Below are positions 1 to 10,442 of a DNA stretch of 64,000 nucleotides, in pieces. Both the position numbers and the translations under genes were made by a program. Origin of the DNA: Utricularia gibba (Eukaryota > Plantae > Magnoliophyta); assembly GCA_002189035.1 (NCBI GenBank), contig CM007991.1:2852001-2916000 (forward strand), read 5' to 3'. The stretch's first letter is position 1. The number at the start of each line of letters is the position of its first letter. The notes beneath the pieces are model-generated. The model worked only from the letters and a program-made list of their open reading frames with translations. It did no database searches and was not told the DNA's origin.

Positions 1-72
1 CAATTGGTCTCCCCACTCCTCCACCGTGTGCACACCGATCACCTGTCCAACCAGTCCCTCCCCAGAAGCCAT
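1..72 (-). CDS. Thioredoxin h, 5' part of exon 1 (gene continues beyond window start)
   Basis: Reverse complement of 72..1 reads ATG GCT TCT... = MASGEGLVGQVIGVHTVEEWGDQL, matching the h-type thioredoxin N-terminus (MAxEEGQVIxCHTVExWxxQL). The WCxPC site lies outside the window. Confidence 0.8.
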   Translation of the reverse strand, partial: MASGEGLVGQVIGVHTVEEWGDQL

Positions 73-641
73 CTCTAATACCAGAAAACCGTAAGACCGA
101 ATATGTGCGAGGGAAAATTTCATGCGAGGGGGATTCTTTTTATAGGCCCCCCACGGGCCGCTGAGATGACCGTAAAGTCCACACAATCCACCATATTTAC
201 GAATTTTGCCACTGTACACGTAACCGATGACGCCTCTTTCCGGCAGCGGTCAAAGTCAAAGCAAATCCATGTCCCGTGAACAGTGGAGATTGAAAGATGA
301 ACCTAGTCGCGGTCAAGGTCAACGAGAATCAATGTCCAAAAAAAAAAAGGAAATATCAATAAACCAAAGTAGGATACGTTATTAAGATAGTGTCAATACC
401 TCGACCATAATGCACATGCCATAAATTAAATCAACTTGGCGCATCCCCATTCGCACGATTGGCATTATTATTAAATTCAATGATTTGTGTATTCTATCTG
501 ACAGGACAAACAAATAGGAAGGGATGGTTCTTTCATTGATAGAAGAAGAACTAGAAATGGTATTCATCCTTGGTAAATGATTTCTTGTTCTAGGAAGTAT
601 CGAACGGGATATCATTAATAATAATTGAGCTCTTACGTCAA

Positions 642-714
642 TCCGTTGTAGTCTAGTTGGTTAGGATACTCGGCTCTCACCCGAGAGACCCGGGTTCGAG
701 TCCCGGCAACGGAA
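642..714 (+). tRNA. tRNA-Glu (anticodon CTC)
   Basis: Acceptor stem TCCGTTG/CAACGGA; anticodon arm CTCGG-CT[CTC]AC-CCGAG; B-box GGTTCGAGTCC; CAA just upstream and T-run Pol III terminator just downstream. Confidence 0.97.
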
Positions 715-789
715 GTATCTTTTGTGTTTCTTTTTCATGTCTTCGGGCATGACATTATCTTGGTGCATGGGGAGCTTTTACATTTATTT

Positions 790-1011
790 GGGTGTGTTTG
801 GTAAAGAGTATAAAGATTGATAGTTAAATGTGAAAAGAAAAATAGAATATTTAATATATGAGATAAATTATATTTAGAATAAATCATATCATGAATATGA
901 AATAAAATAATGAAAATAAAAAAATTAGTATAAAATTATACTGTCATATATCTTCTATTTATATACCATCTTTTATTCCTAATATAATTTATTTATGTAC
1001 CAAACACACTC
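790..1011. mobile_element. Probable Tourist/PIF-Harbinger-like MITE (about 220 bp)
   Basis: Terminal inverted repeats GGGTGTGTTTGGTA (790-803) and TACCAAACACACTC (998-1011), 13/14 match; very AT-rich interior; TTA on the right flank and TTT on the left (imperfect 3-bp TSD). Confidence 0.6.
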
Positions 1012-1295
1012 TTATCTTAATGTGATATTCCGTGTATAACCCCATGATAGAAGGATATGGGAAGGATGGATTGGATTTGTAGTGTTTGTCACTTGACCAG
1101 CATGAGCCGCGCTGCCCCTTAATTAAGTAGCCCATGCGGGACTCATGGATGCATCACACCAGGCATGAAGCTCTCCCCCCAAATTTAATACATGGCTTGC
1201 CCCTTTGAACCGCCATCCATAAAACCATGTTCCTGTTTCAACTTTGGGACCAAAGCTACTGAATCTCCTAACAACTTTCCAGGCAGGAGACGTTT

Positions 1296-1547
1296 ATGGG
1301 GGGTCCAGTTCTTTGGATGGTGCTGCTGCTGGTCCTGCTGCTACTGCTGATGCTTATGGTGGTGAGAGCTGCAGGGTCCGGCTTGGCAATGGCGCCACCG
1401 CCGCTGCTTTCCTTTCCATCTGAGGAGGAGCTGCTTGCCACACATGCCCAGCTGATGGCACAGGAGGACTACATCATTTGGGATCCATCCCCATATTTCC
1501 ATCACGGTGGGGTTGCTCCCGTTCCTCAAGCATCAAGACAGAGGTAA
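1296..1547 (+). CDS. Small secreted peptide precursor, CIF4-like tyrosine-sulfated peptide (83 aa)
   Basis: Hydrophobic signal peptide, acidic spacer, then C-terminal DYIIWDPSPYFHHGGVAPVPQ, aligning with recalled Arabidopsis CIF4 DYGFWNPSPVYGGGFPYPGPVPH (DY, W, PSP, PVP shared). Single exon. Confidence 0.7.
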   Translation: MGGPVLWMVLLLVLLLLLMLMVVRAAGSGLAMAPPPLLSFPSEEELLATHAQLMAQEDYIIWDPSPYFHHGGVAPVPQASRQR

Positions 1548-1866
1548 CTAGTTTATGCCACTTGAGCACAAGACTCCCGGAAGGATCCTTCCTAGGCACT
1601 TGCTTCATCACAACTCTGGTCTACGGAAGAGTCTGACAGGGTGAAGGATAGAAAAAAAAGGCACAGCAAAGCAACATGCTCTCAAGTGTATTTACTGGAG
1701 AATCCATTAAGAGAAAAAGGGATAACATTTTGCGTAGCAAATGAACCCTCTGTCCCATCTTCTCTTACCTCTTCTAAGAGGGATCGGAATGGGAAGTACA
1801 TAAACGAAGATTTACATTCTCATGTTGTAAAAATACAGAAAGCCGCACTGCTGACCTCAGATGGAT

Positions 1867-4566
1867 TCAGCAACTCTTACCTACGTCGATGCTATCAGCA
1901 GAAGCCACAACTGCCGTGCCTTTGTCTTTATGTAGGTAATAGCCACTTTTGAGAGGCAGGAATCTGAGACCTGCAAAAGTCAGCAGCCCAACTGCCAACC
2001 CACCACACATTATCTTAGTGATTGCATCTTTGGTCTTCTCGGTTACCTCCTCTTGCTTCTGTAGATAATCAGGCTGCTTTTGCTCTGAAGCCGCAAACGC
2101 AAGCGAATCATCTTGGGTAACGTGAACTGCAGTCTCTCCACTAGAAGCTTCTAAGCCGTAACCTTTTATCTCATTCGGCCCAGCATTCCTTCCCTCATTG
2201 CCAAGAGGGAATACTTTCTGCAGTGCTTGAATAGCACTAGTCTTCACACCATCAAAGGCCGCAGTTGCCTCAGCTCCAATTTTAACTATGGCTGCAGCAG
2301 CAGCCAATGGTGAATTCCCAACTACTTCCAATCTCTCCAAATATTTTAAAACCGTGGGATCATCGTAGTAATCACCAAGCTTGAATCTGACATCTTGCGT
2401 CTCTCTAAATCGTGGAAACACGACCTCCATCAACCATGTTTCTAATAGTTTGCAGATTCCAGGAAGAAGATAGTCTTCACTGTCATCTTTTGAGTGCTCT
2501 AAGACATAATTGACAACTGACAAATCTCTATAAGGCGAACTTTCATCATCCAAACCTAACCATGTGATGCATTTGTCAATATCTCCAACAAGAAGAGAGC
2601 AAAGACCCCTCTCAAGAGAAAAGTTTACTTCACGGCCTTCTTGGACACCATAACTAGACGGCACACCACCATGAGTTGCAATCTTGGTTTGTTGAAGTTG
2701 TTGAAAAAGATTGCCAGCATCTTGAATGAGGTGAGGTTTTTTGTTTATGAAGGCTTGAGAAACGAGAGCAAGAGCCACCCCGTAAACTTCAAAACTTTCA
2801 GCAGGTATATTACTTGGTGTTGCAGCAAAAAGATCAACCTTCGAAAAAAAAAAGTTTGAGTAGAATACAAGTTTCAAGGAACCGGAAAATCAAAAGCTAT
2901 AACTCTAAAGAGAAACAAATACTTACCTGCTCCGCAGCTGTCATCTGAAGAAAAGCCTCATTCATGAATTTTTCACGCGTGAATCCTCCTGAAATTGCAG
3001 CAGAACCTCTGGTGCCTACAGCCCATAAGATCTTCCGCACACCACGGAGACCTTCATCTCTCTTTGAGCGGTACTCATCACCGAGTGGCAATGCCAGGAG
3101 ATCCAAAACACAGCGTGGAGTGATTTCTTCCAGAGTCTCATCAATTTGCGCCTGCAAGTCAGGTGCCAGAAGCCTCGCACCTTCTTCCTGCATAGTAGCA
3201 TATTTATGCACCTCCGCATTAAGAGCGTCCAGAGTTCAGAACATTTTATAAATAATAGCATCTTACACGCTAGGCACTACTAAATCTGAACAAACAGAAA
3301 ATCCTGCATTTGTAAACAGAGTTGAAGTTTTATTTACACTTGACGACAATCATCAGCATTAGCTAGAGAACAGAAGCAACATATACAAATGCCATCGTTG
3401 CAAAAGGAGAAGAAGTTTAGCTCAAGAAATTATATATGATATCTAGCAATGACAATGCATAAAAACATGCCAACACACTTTAAAATGATGAGCAAATTGA
3501 AATGGGCTGTAATGAGTTTATACACAGAAATATATGTAAGGTGAAAGATGTGTCAGAAACAGTTTATAGAGGCAAGTATTGGCTTCCAAAATTCACCAAT
3601 ACCTAATACAACCGGGGAAGATAAAATAGGCACCCAAACCTGAAGAAGCCTAAGCGCCATCTCCAACATCTCACAACCTCTTATAAAATCCGGAGGCAAC
3701 AGTGCCATAGCATCCCTAGATAAATCAGCATAAGCAAGAGCCATGGACAAAACAACGTCCTGCTTAAATGACTTGGGCAATTGCTGATGCAACAAGCTGT
3801 CTCCAATTCGAATAACCAACTCCGCCTCCCCAGCCTCTTGCAATACACACAGTGCTCCAGGTACCTAAAAATTGAAACATTTGAAATCTTGATTGACTGA
3901 CACCACAAAGGCCACCAAGTGCATTGACCGACGGAATCAAAACCTCTGTTATATGCATCTAGTAATTCAAACGCAGAACAGAATAGACGAAAACAAAGCT
4001 TAGTTTGTTCGCTGAATTGATGATTCAAGTAAAGCATATAAAAGCGAAATTACAAGATAGAATACCTTATCCCAGGGCACTTCGGTGAGAACGGTACCCA
4101 TCTCGTCATCAGCAAGGCCTTGATTATATTCCCTCCGAGAACTAGGGTTAGCGAGTGTTTCACACGCTGCTTGAAGAATTTGCCGCCGGCTAATCAATGC
4201 TTCGTCACTGAAGCCGTACTGCGGCGGCTTCACAGCCTTAGAGTTGTAGGTCCGACGAATGCCATCTCCAAGATAATGCGGCTCCGCACCAAGAATCACG
4301 TAGAAGTCAAGAGGCAAAGAAATGTAGCGCTCAGGGAGAGATGGCACCGGCGCAGGAGAGCGAGTCGAAGAAGTGGAAGCAAGGGAATCGGAGTTGGATG
4401 TAGAAGGGAGAAACTGGAAGTCGCCAAGTAGGCGGTCAGCCCATTTACTAGTGGTTGTGCCGGCGCCAACGGCGGCGTACGGCTTGAAGTACCGCTGCTT
4501 CGCTGGCGGGGGTTTCAGTAATCGCGGAGAGCAGATTCCGATGATCGGCTGCGTTAGTGCTTCCAT
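1867..4566 (-). CDS. ARC6: Chloroplast division protein ARC6, C-terminally truncated (about 650 aa)
   Basis: Exons 4566-4066, 3864-3640, 3187-2927, 2838-1881 with GT-AG junctions in frame. J-like domain with PPQ (LDFYVILGAE...KPPQYGFS), conserved DLFAATPSNIPAESFEVY and a TM helix (KIMCGGLAVGLLTFAGL). Reading through the last donor gives a stop at 1869-1867. Confidence 0.9.
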
Positions 4567-5775
4567 TTTCACCTCGGCCCAATGCCTGTAAATGTACATT
4601 TAAATAGCCAAATATTCATTAATATCCTAGTTCACATGTTTCAAACATTCATTAATTTTTTATCAATAATTTTTTTTTTTTTACATATAAAATAACTATC
4701 TTTATAAAAATTGAAATAAAAATTATTTTATATATTTTTCTTACTAGATAGGTATCCATTCAATTGCATAGTAATATAGGCATAAAAATTTTCAATGCAT
4801 TTTTAGAAAATACTCGCGTATGAAATTCCTAAAAAATATCAATTAAATGATGATTAAATTGATTATTTTTCAAAAAGAATGTGAAGAGCAGAAAACACAA
4901 AAATAAAGATGATTAATTATGAGAATCACCCTTATATTTACTTACATTAGATATCAATCTCATTTAAATCTTAAAGATTGTTTGGTAGTATATTATATAA
5001 GATTTGTATTTAAATTTACATATATGTTATCATTTAATTAATATATATATATATATGCCAATTATATATAATTATACTATTCATATATTCATTTTTTTGA
5101 ATACATGGTTTATATATACAAAAGGAATGAGAGTAGAGGGAATTAATTAGATTTATATCATTTACATACTCTGATTTTAATTTTCGGATTTTAATCATTA
5201 TATATAATTGAATATATACATGCTCAATTGTACTATACTTCAAGTATATAAATATCTTAATATTAAATGATATCTTAATTTTACATTCTAAAAGTTTCGA
5301 TTATATTTGTTTAAAAAATAATTTTATTATAAATAGGAATGAATTGTGGCTAGTATAGGGTTTTGCATAGTGTGGATGGTAATGGGTATGGCATGTAGGG
5401 AGCATGATGAGTTGCGCCTTGGTAGGAAAAGAGATGAATGGGCGCAATGAGTGTGCGGGATGGTCTTCGCTTTCATGAGGCTACATCCTTTCCACCAATG
5501 TGTGTTGAATAAATCAGCCTATGAAACCATGCAATCAATCATGCCCGCCATTATTACCATTGCGATGTAATGAATACTCACCCGCGACCAGCGCATCCAG
5601 TCACCGTGCCTCCTCTTCCTAGCAACAACAGCAACATCCATATTTAGGTTAATTGTAAGGGCTGCCAGTTCTTCTTTTTCTATATATTTATTGGGAGGGG
5701 AGGAGAGGGGCTGGTGCCGAATGGCGGTGGCGCTGGGGTAGTGTTGCGGCCTCTGCTCTCGGTTTACTGGGGAAG

Positions 5776-8700
5776 ATGACGACGGGGGCGGTGGGTTTGC
5801 TCCTACTGCTCTGCCTCGCGGCGTCGTTAATGTGCGTCGCCGCCGTGTCGGAAGTCGCGGCGTTGCTCGACTTTAAGAGGAAGGTACTGGACCCGTTGGG
5901 GGCAATGGGCGACTGGGATGCGTCTACGCCGGCGGCGCCCTGCGACTGGAGCGGCATTCTTTGCGAAGGTGGGAGTGTGCGGGGTCTGCAGCTCTCCGGG
6001 CAGCGGCTGGCCGGGGGCATAAGCGAGGATCTGGGGAGGCTTACCCAGCTCCGGGAACTGGACTTGCACGGGAATAGCCTGAAGGGGTCGATCCCACGCG
6101 CTCTGTCGCAGTGCTCGCAGTTGCGGAGCGTTTATTTGCAGGGTAACTCTCTCGGCGGCGAGATTCCGGCGGGGCTTTTGTCAAATTTAACCAATCTGCA
6201 GGTCTTGAATGTCTCCCACAATTTTATTTCTGGGAAGATTCCTGGTGATATTCCTACGAGCTTGCAAATGCTCGACCTTTCGTTCAATTCTTTGTCCGGT
6301 GAGATTCCTGTGCACTTTTCTTCCAGTCACATGCTCCAGCTCATCAATCTCTCGTCCAACCGTCTTTCCGGCGAGATCCCATCTACAATAGGAGCTCTGC
6401 AGCAGCTGCAATGGTTATGGCTGGATGATAACAAGCTTGATGGGACTATTCCTTCAGCCATATCCAGCTGTTCTTCGCTAGTCCAAGTCACAGCAGGGCA
6501 TAATATGCTCTCCGGAGTTGTTCCAGCAACAATGGGGTCCCTTAAGAACCTTCAGATTCTCTCATTGCCTGGCAATCGGTTAACGGGCGTTGTTTCGGCT
6601 TCCTTGCTCTGCAACCTCTCATTGGTGAATGCCACAATTCGTGTTCTTAACCTGAGCTTCAATGCACTCACGGGTATCGAGACCAAGGACGGCAGAAACT
6701 GTGAAAGTGTGCTTGAAGTTCTAGATCTTCACGGGAATCAAATAAATGGTGTGTTCCCTGTTCTTCTAGCAAAGTTTCCGACTTTAAGGGTTCTTGATAT
6801 TTCTGGGAATTCTATATCTGGAACCTTACCGGATCAGTTTGGGAATCTTGTGAATCTGGAGGAGTTCAAAGTTGGAAACAACTCATTAAGTGGAGAAATT
6901 CCTAGAGGGGTCACACAATGTGGGTCACTGAGAGTACTTGATCTTGGGAACAATCGGTTTTCTGGGTCATTACCAGAATTCTTCGGAGCAATGAAGAGCC
7001 TAAAGATGCTTATTCTTGGTGATAATTTGCTCAGTGGTGTGTTACCTGCGAGCATTGGTAGCCTTTACTCTTTGGAAGTGTTGGATTTGGGTAATAATGG
7101 TTTCAATGGGACTGTACCTCTTGAGTTGTTGGGGCTCAGCAACTTGAGCACTCTGAATCTGAGCAACAACAGATTTTCTGATCAAATCCTATTGAATATC
7201 GGGGAAATGAAGGGGTTACAGACTCTGAATATGAGTGGCTGTGGATTTTCCGGGCAGATCCCTTCTGGAATTGGTAATCTTTTGAAGCTCAAAACTCTTG
7301 ACCTGAGCAGACAGAATTTGTCAGGTGAGTTGCCTATTGAGCTCTTTGGGTTGCCAAATTTGCAAGTTGTGGCTTTGGAGATGAATTCCTTATCTGGTGC
7401 TTTGCCTGAAGGTTTCAGCAGCTTGTCTAGTTTGCAGCATCTGCACCTTTCTTACAATGGTTTCACTGGTCAACTTCCAGCTACTTATGGATTTCTTAGA
7501 TCAATGGCTCTCTTGTCATTGTCTCATAATCGATTAACTGGTTTAATACCATCGGATTTGAGCAACTGTTCCTCTCTTGAGGTCTTAGAAATCAGAGGAA
7601 ATGAACTGCAAGGACCCATTCCTGCTGGTTTTTCAAAGTTATCTCGTCTGCAGACGCTTGATCTTGGCCAAAACACGCTAACTGGTGCCATCCCAGATGG
7701 TATTTCTGATTGTTCGTCTTTGGTTACCTTGCTGCTGGATTCGAACCAAATCTCCGGAAAAATACCACCCAAATTGTCAAAGTTGTCCAGTCTAAATCAG
7801 CTGGATCTCTCTTCAAATAACCTGACTGGTGGTATTCCAACTAGTCTTTCCTTACTCCCTGGTCTGCAGAGACTGAATCTATCTAATAACAATCTTGATG
7901 GCCAGATTCCACTGTCTTTAGCTTCTCATTTCAGTGATGCTTCATATTTTTCCGAGAATGCAAACTTGTGCGGCAGGCCGCTACAAAGGAGCTGCAGCAG
8001 GATAAGTAGGCTAAGAAAAATAAGATTGATCTTGTTCATCCTTGCTGCCATGGCCGGCAGCTTGATTCTACTGTGCTTCTGTGGTTATGCATGCACTTTG
8101 ATCAGGTGGCGCCGGAGGACCTTTGTAGGCGTAGAAGGGAAGAAGCGAACTTCTAGCAGCGGCGGCTCGCAGGGACCTCGCGGTAGTGGAGAGAATGAAG
8201 CCCCTAAGCTTGTCATGTTCAACAGCAAGATCACATATACCGAAACCTTGGAAGCAACCAGGCAATTTGACGAGGAAAACGTCTTGAGCAGGGGGAAGTA
8301 TGGCCTAGTCTTCAAGGCTACATATGCAGATGGTATGGTGCTTGCGATTCGTCGCCTCCCAGATGCATCTGTACCAGAGCATACCTTCCGCAAGGAAGCG
8401 GAATATCTGGGAAGAATAAAGCACAGAAACCTGACTGTTCTGCGTGGCTACTACGCCGGACCTCCTCCGGATATGCGCCTCCTTGTTTACGATTACATGC
8501 CTAATGGAAACCTGGCCACACTTCTCCAGGAGGCATCGCATCAAGAGGGGCACATCTTGAACTGGCCAATGCGCCACCTGATTGCTCTTGGTATTGCTCG
8601 TGGACTAGCATTCTTGCATTCAGTCCCCATCGCCCATGGCGATGTCAAGCCACACAATGTCCTCTTTGATGCTGATTTCGAGCCCCACCTATCAGAATCC

Positions 8701-9159
8701 ATGCTCGATAAGCTCACTCTCGTGGCTCCAAACGAAACATCCACATCAGGAGTACCAACTGGGACACTAGGCTATGTAGCACCGGAGGTCATGCTCACAG
8801 GACAAGCAACTTCACAAGCTGATGTATACAGCTTCGGAATTGTGGTGCTGGAGATTCTGACCGGGAAGAAACCCCTGATGTTCACACAGGATGAGGACAT
8901 TGTGAAGTGGGTGAAACGGCAGCTTCAAAGAGGGCAAGTCTCGGAGCTCCTGGAGCCCGGCTTGCTGCAGCTTGACCCGGAATCGTCTGAGTGGGAGGAG
9001 TTCTTGCTGGGGGTGAAAGTAGGCTTACTGTGCACAATGCCGGATCCCTCAGAGAGACCTTCCATGAACGATGTGGTTTACATGCTGGAAGGGTGCAGAT
9101 TAGGCCCAGAACTGCAATCATCTGCTGATCCTACTGCACTCCCGTCTCCAGCATCGTAG
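5776..9159 (+). CDS. MUS: LRR receptor-like kinase, MUSTACHES/MUSTACHES-LIKE type, atypical kinase domain (1127 aa, intronless)
   Basis: Signal peptide, many LRRs, TM helix; kinase with KLVMFNSKITYTETLEATRQFDEENVLSRGKYGLVFKA and LQLDPESSEWEEFLLGVKVGLLCT, diagnostic of the At1g75640/At4g36180 clade (recalled). Confidence 0.9.
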   Translation: MTTGAVGLLLLLCLAASLMCVAAVSEVAALLDFKRKVLDPLGAMGDWDASTPAAPCDWSGILCEGGSVRGLQLSGQRLAGGISEDLGRLTQLRELDLHGNSLKGSIPRALSQCSQLRSVYLQGNSLGGEIPAGLLSNLTNLQVLNVSHNFISGKIPGDIPTSLQMLDLSFNSLSGEIPVHFSSSHMLQLINLSSNRLSGEIPSTIGALQQLQWLWLDDNKLDGTIPSAISSCSSLVQVTAGHNMLSGVVPATMGSLKNLQILSLPGNRLTGVVSASLLCNLSLVNATIRVLNLSFNALTGIETKDGRNCESVLEVLDLHGNQINGVFPVLLAKFPTLRVLDISGNSISGTLPDQFGNLVNLEEFKVGNNSLSGEIPRGVTQCGSLRVLDLGNNRFSGSLPEFFGAMKSLKMLILGDNLLSGVLPASIGSLYSLEVLDLGNNGFNGTVPLELLGLSNLSTLNLSNNRFSDQILLNIGEMKGLQTLNMSGCGFSGQIPSGIGNLLKLKTLDLSRQNLSGELPIELFGLPNLQVVALEMNSLSGALPEGFSSLSSLQHLHLSYNGFTGQLPATYGFLRSMALLSLSHNRLTGLIPSDLSNCSSLEVLEIRGNELQGPIPAGFSKLSRLQTLDLGQNTLTGAIPDGISDCSSLVTLLLDSNQISGKIPPKLSKLSSLNQLDLSSNNLTGGIPTSLSLLPGLQRLNLSNNNLDGQIPLSLASHFSDASYFSENANLCGRPLQRSCSRISRLRKIRLILFILAAMAGSLILLCFCGYACTLIRWRRRTFVGVEGKKRTSSSGGSQGPRGSGENEAPKLVMFNSKITYTETLEATRQFDEENVLSRGKYGLVFKATYADGMVLAIRRLPDASVPEHTFRKEAEYLGRIKHRNLTVLRGYYAGPPPDMRLLVYDYMPNGNLATLLQEASHQEGHILNWPMRHLIALGIARGLAFLHSVPIAHGDVKPHNVLFDADFEPHLSESMLDKLTLVAPNETSTSGVPTGTLGYVAPEVMLTGQATSQADVYSFGIVVLEILTGKKPLMFTQDEDIVKWVKRQLQRGQVSELLEPGLLQLDPESSEWEEFLLGVKVGLLCTMPDPSERPSMNDVVYMLEGCRLGPELQSSADPTALPSPAS

Positions 9160-10442
9160 GCAGTTCAAGTGCTGCAACAACATAACATTCATTCCTCCAT
9201 CGTCTCGTTTGCATTTATCTGCTCAGGATTAGGATTTCCAGCTTGAACAAATTCAGTAACGTAGTCACCCTCTATTTTGTCATGCTTTTAGTTTCATGGC
9301 ACTTCCATCAGAGTACACTTCATTTGGAGTAGGGAAGATCAGATGAGTTAGATGCAAAGGTAGATTATCTGGGGCAGCCTTCTGGGGTCAAAGGATCAGC
9401 TATCTGGCCGTTGAGTTAATATCACATGTCACTGTGATCCTGTCGCTCTGGTCCCCCAAGGGCATCCATATCTTTAACCAACCCTTCACTAGCTCGTGTA
9501 AACCAAATCAAGAATGCGAATTTATGGTCTGCGATCTACCCCTTCGGTAACAAAAAAAAAAAAAAAAAAAAGAAATGAGAGCATACCTTCATCGAAGCTA
9601 CACGCACCTCGGTAAAGGTACATTTACTCAAATGGTGATATGATGGTTTTATGTGATACCTGAAAGTGGTTGATGATTAATTGTATTTGGTGGGTGGTTT
9701 GGTTGGGAGTTCAGTGTTCTGCCCCATCTTCTCCTCAAAAGATGCTCACTGCAGGTCACCACAGACATGTAAAGCAAAGCGGCAGCAGCAGCAGCGCAGC
9801 AGGGGCCCAGTTTACTGCGGTAAAACAAATGTGAGGTCGGAGTAGACAGAAACTGGGGTACGGTACTTACTCCGCAGGTAATGGACAGGACCACTGATAG
9901 ACATGACGCTATTACACGATACGATCACTCAAGAGTAGATTCACCTGTAGAAGTCCAGTCCTCATATGGGTAGAAAGATGACGTTTTTTTTCACTGCCTT
10001 AACCACAAATCCAGTATCCCCAAACACTGTTTGGATCTGGACCCAGTATTAAATTAATTTTTGAACTGTCTACAAATTATATATTTGAATATTCATTTCA
10101 GAAAAACTTAGCTCAACATAGGCAAGTTGTGGGAAGAGGAACCAAACCATGAGAGTGAAAAGGAGAAGCTATCGTAGCACATGTCATAGACGAGTTCAAA
10201 TTGCATGCTACACTCCATTTTCTGGACAGATGAATCATGGATCCAGACACTTAATCATCCAATATTAAGCGTATCATCTACAAGCTACAATCACACACTC
10301 AACTCTCAAGCATCATGACGTACAAGTGACCTCGAACCTAAATAAGATGATATGAAGCACATCAGCGGCACTATGGGAGGGAGCGGAAGCTTTGTTAAAG
10401 AGCGCAGTTGATGGGAAGAAAAAGTCAACTGAATGAACCCTT

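Noticed and set aside
1700-1780. Possible degenerate ARC6 exon 5 after a TAG acceptor near 1774
   Set aside because: No frame gives convincing similarity to MDAR..KWQ; an in-phase reading stops after about 30 unrelated codons.
4600-5340. AT-rich spacer as a transposon
   Set aside because: No TIR pair, TSD or coding remnant identified; only TA microsatellite and low complexity.
1296-9159. Peptide gene near an LRR-RLK as a linked ligand-receptor module
   Set aside because: CIF-family peptides are perceived by GSO1/2. The neighbours are MUS-type and CEPR1-type receptors, and proximity is expected at this gene density.
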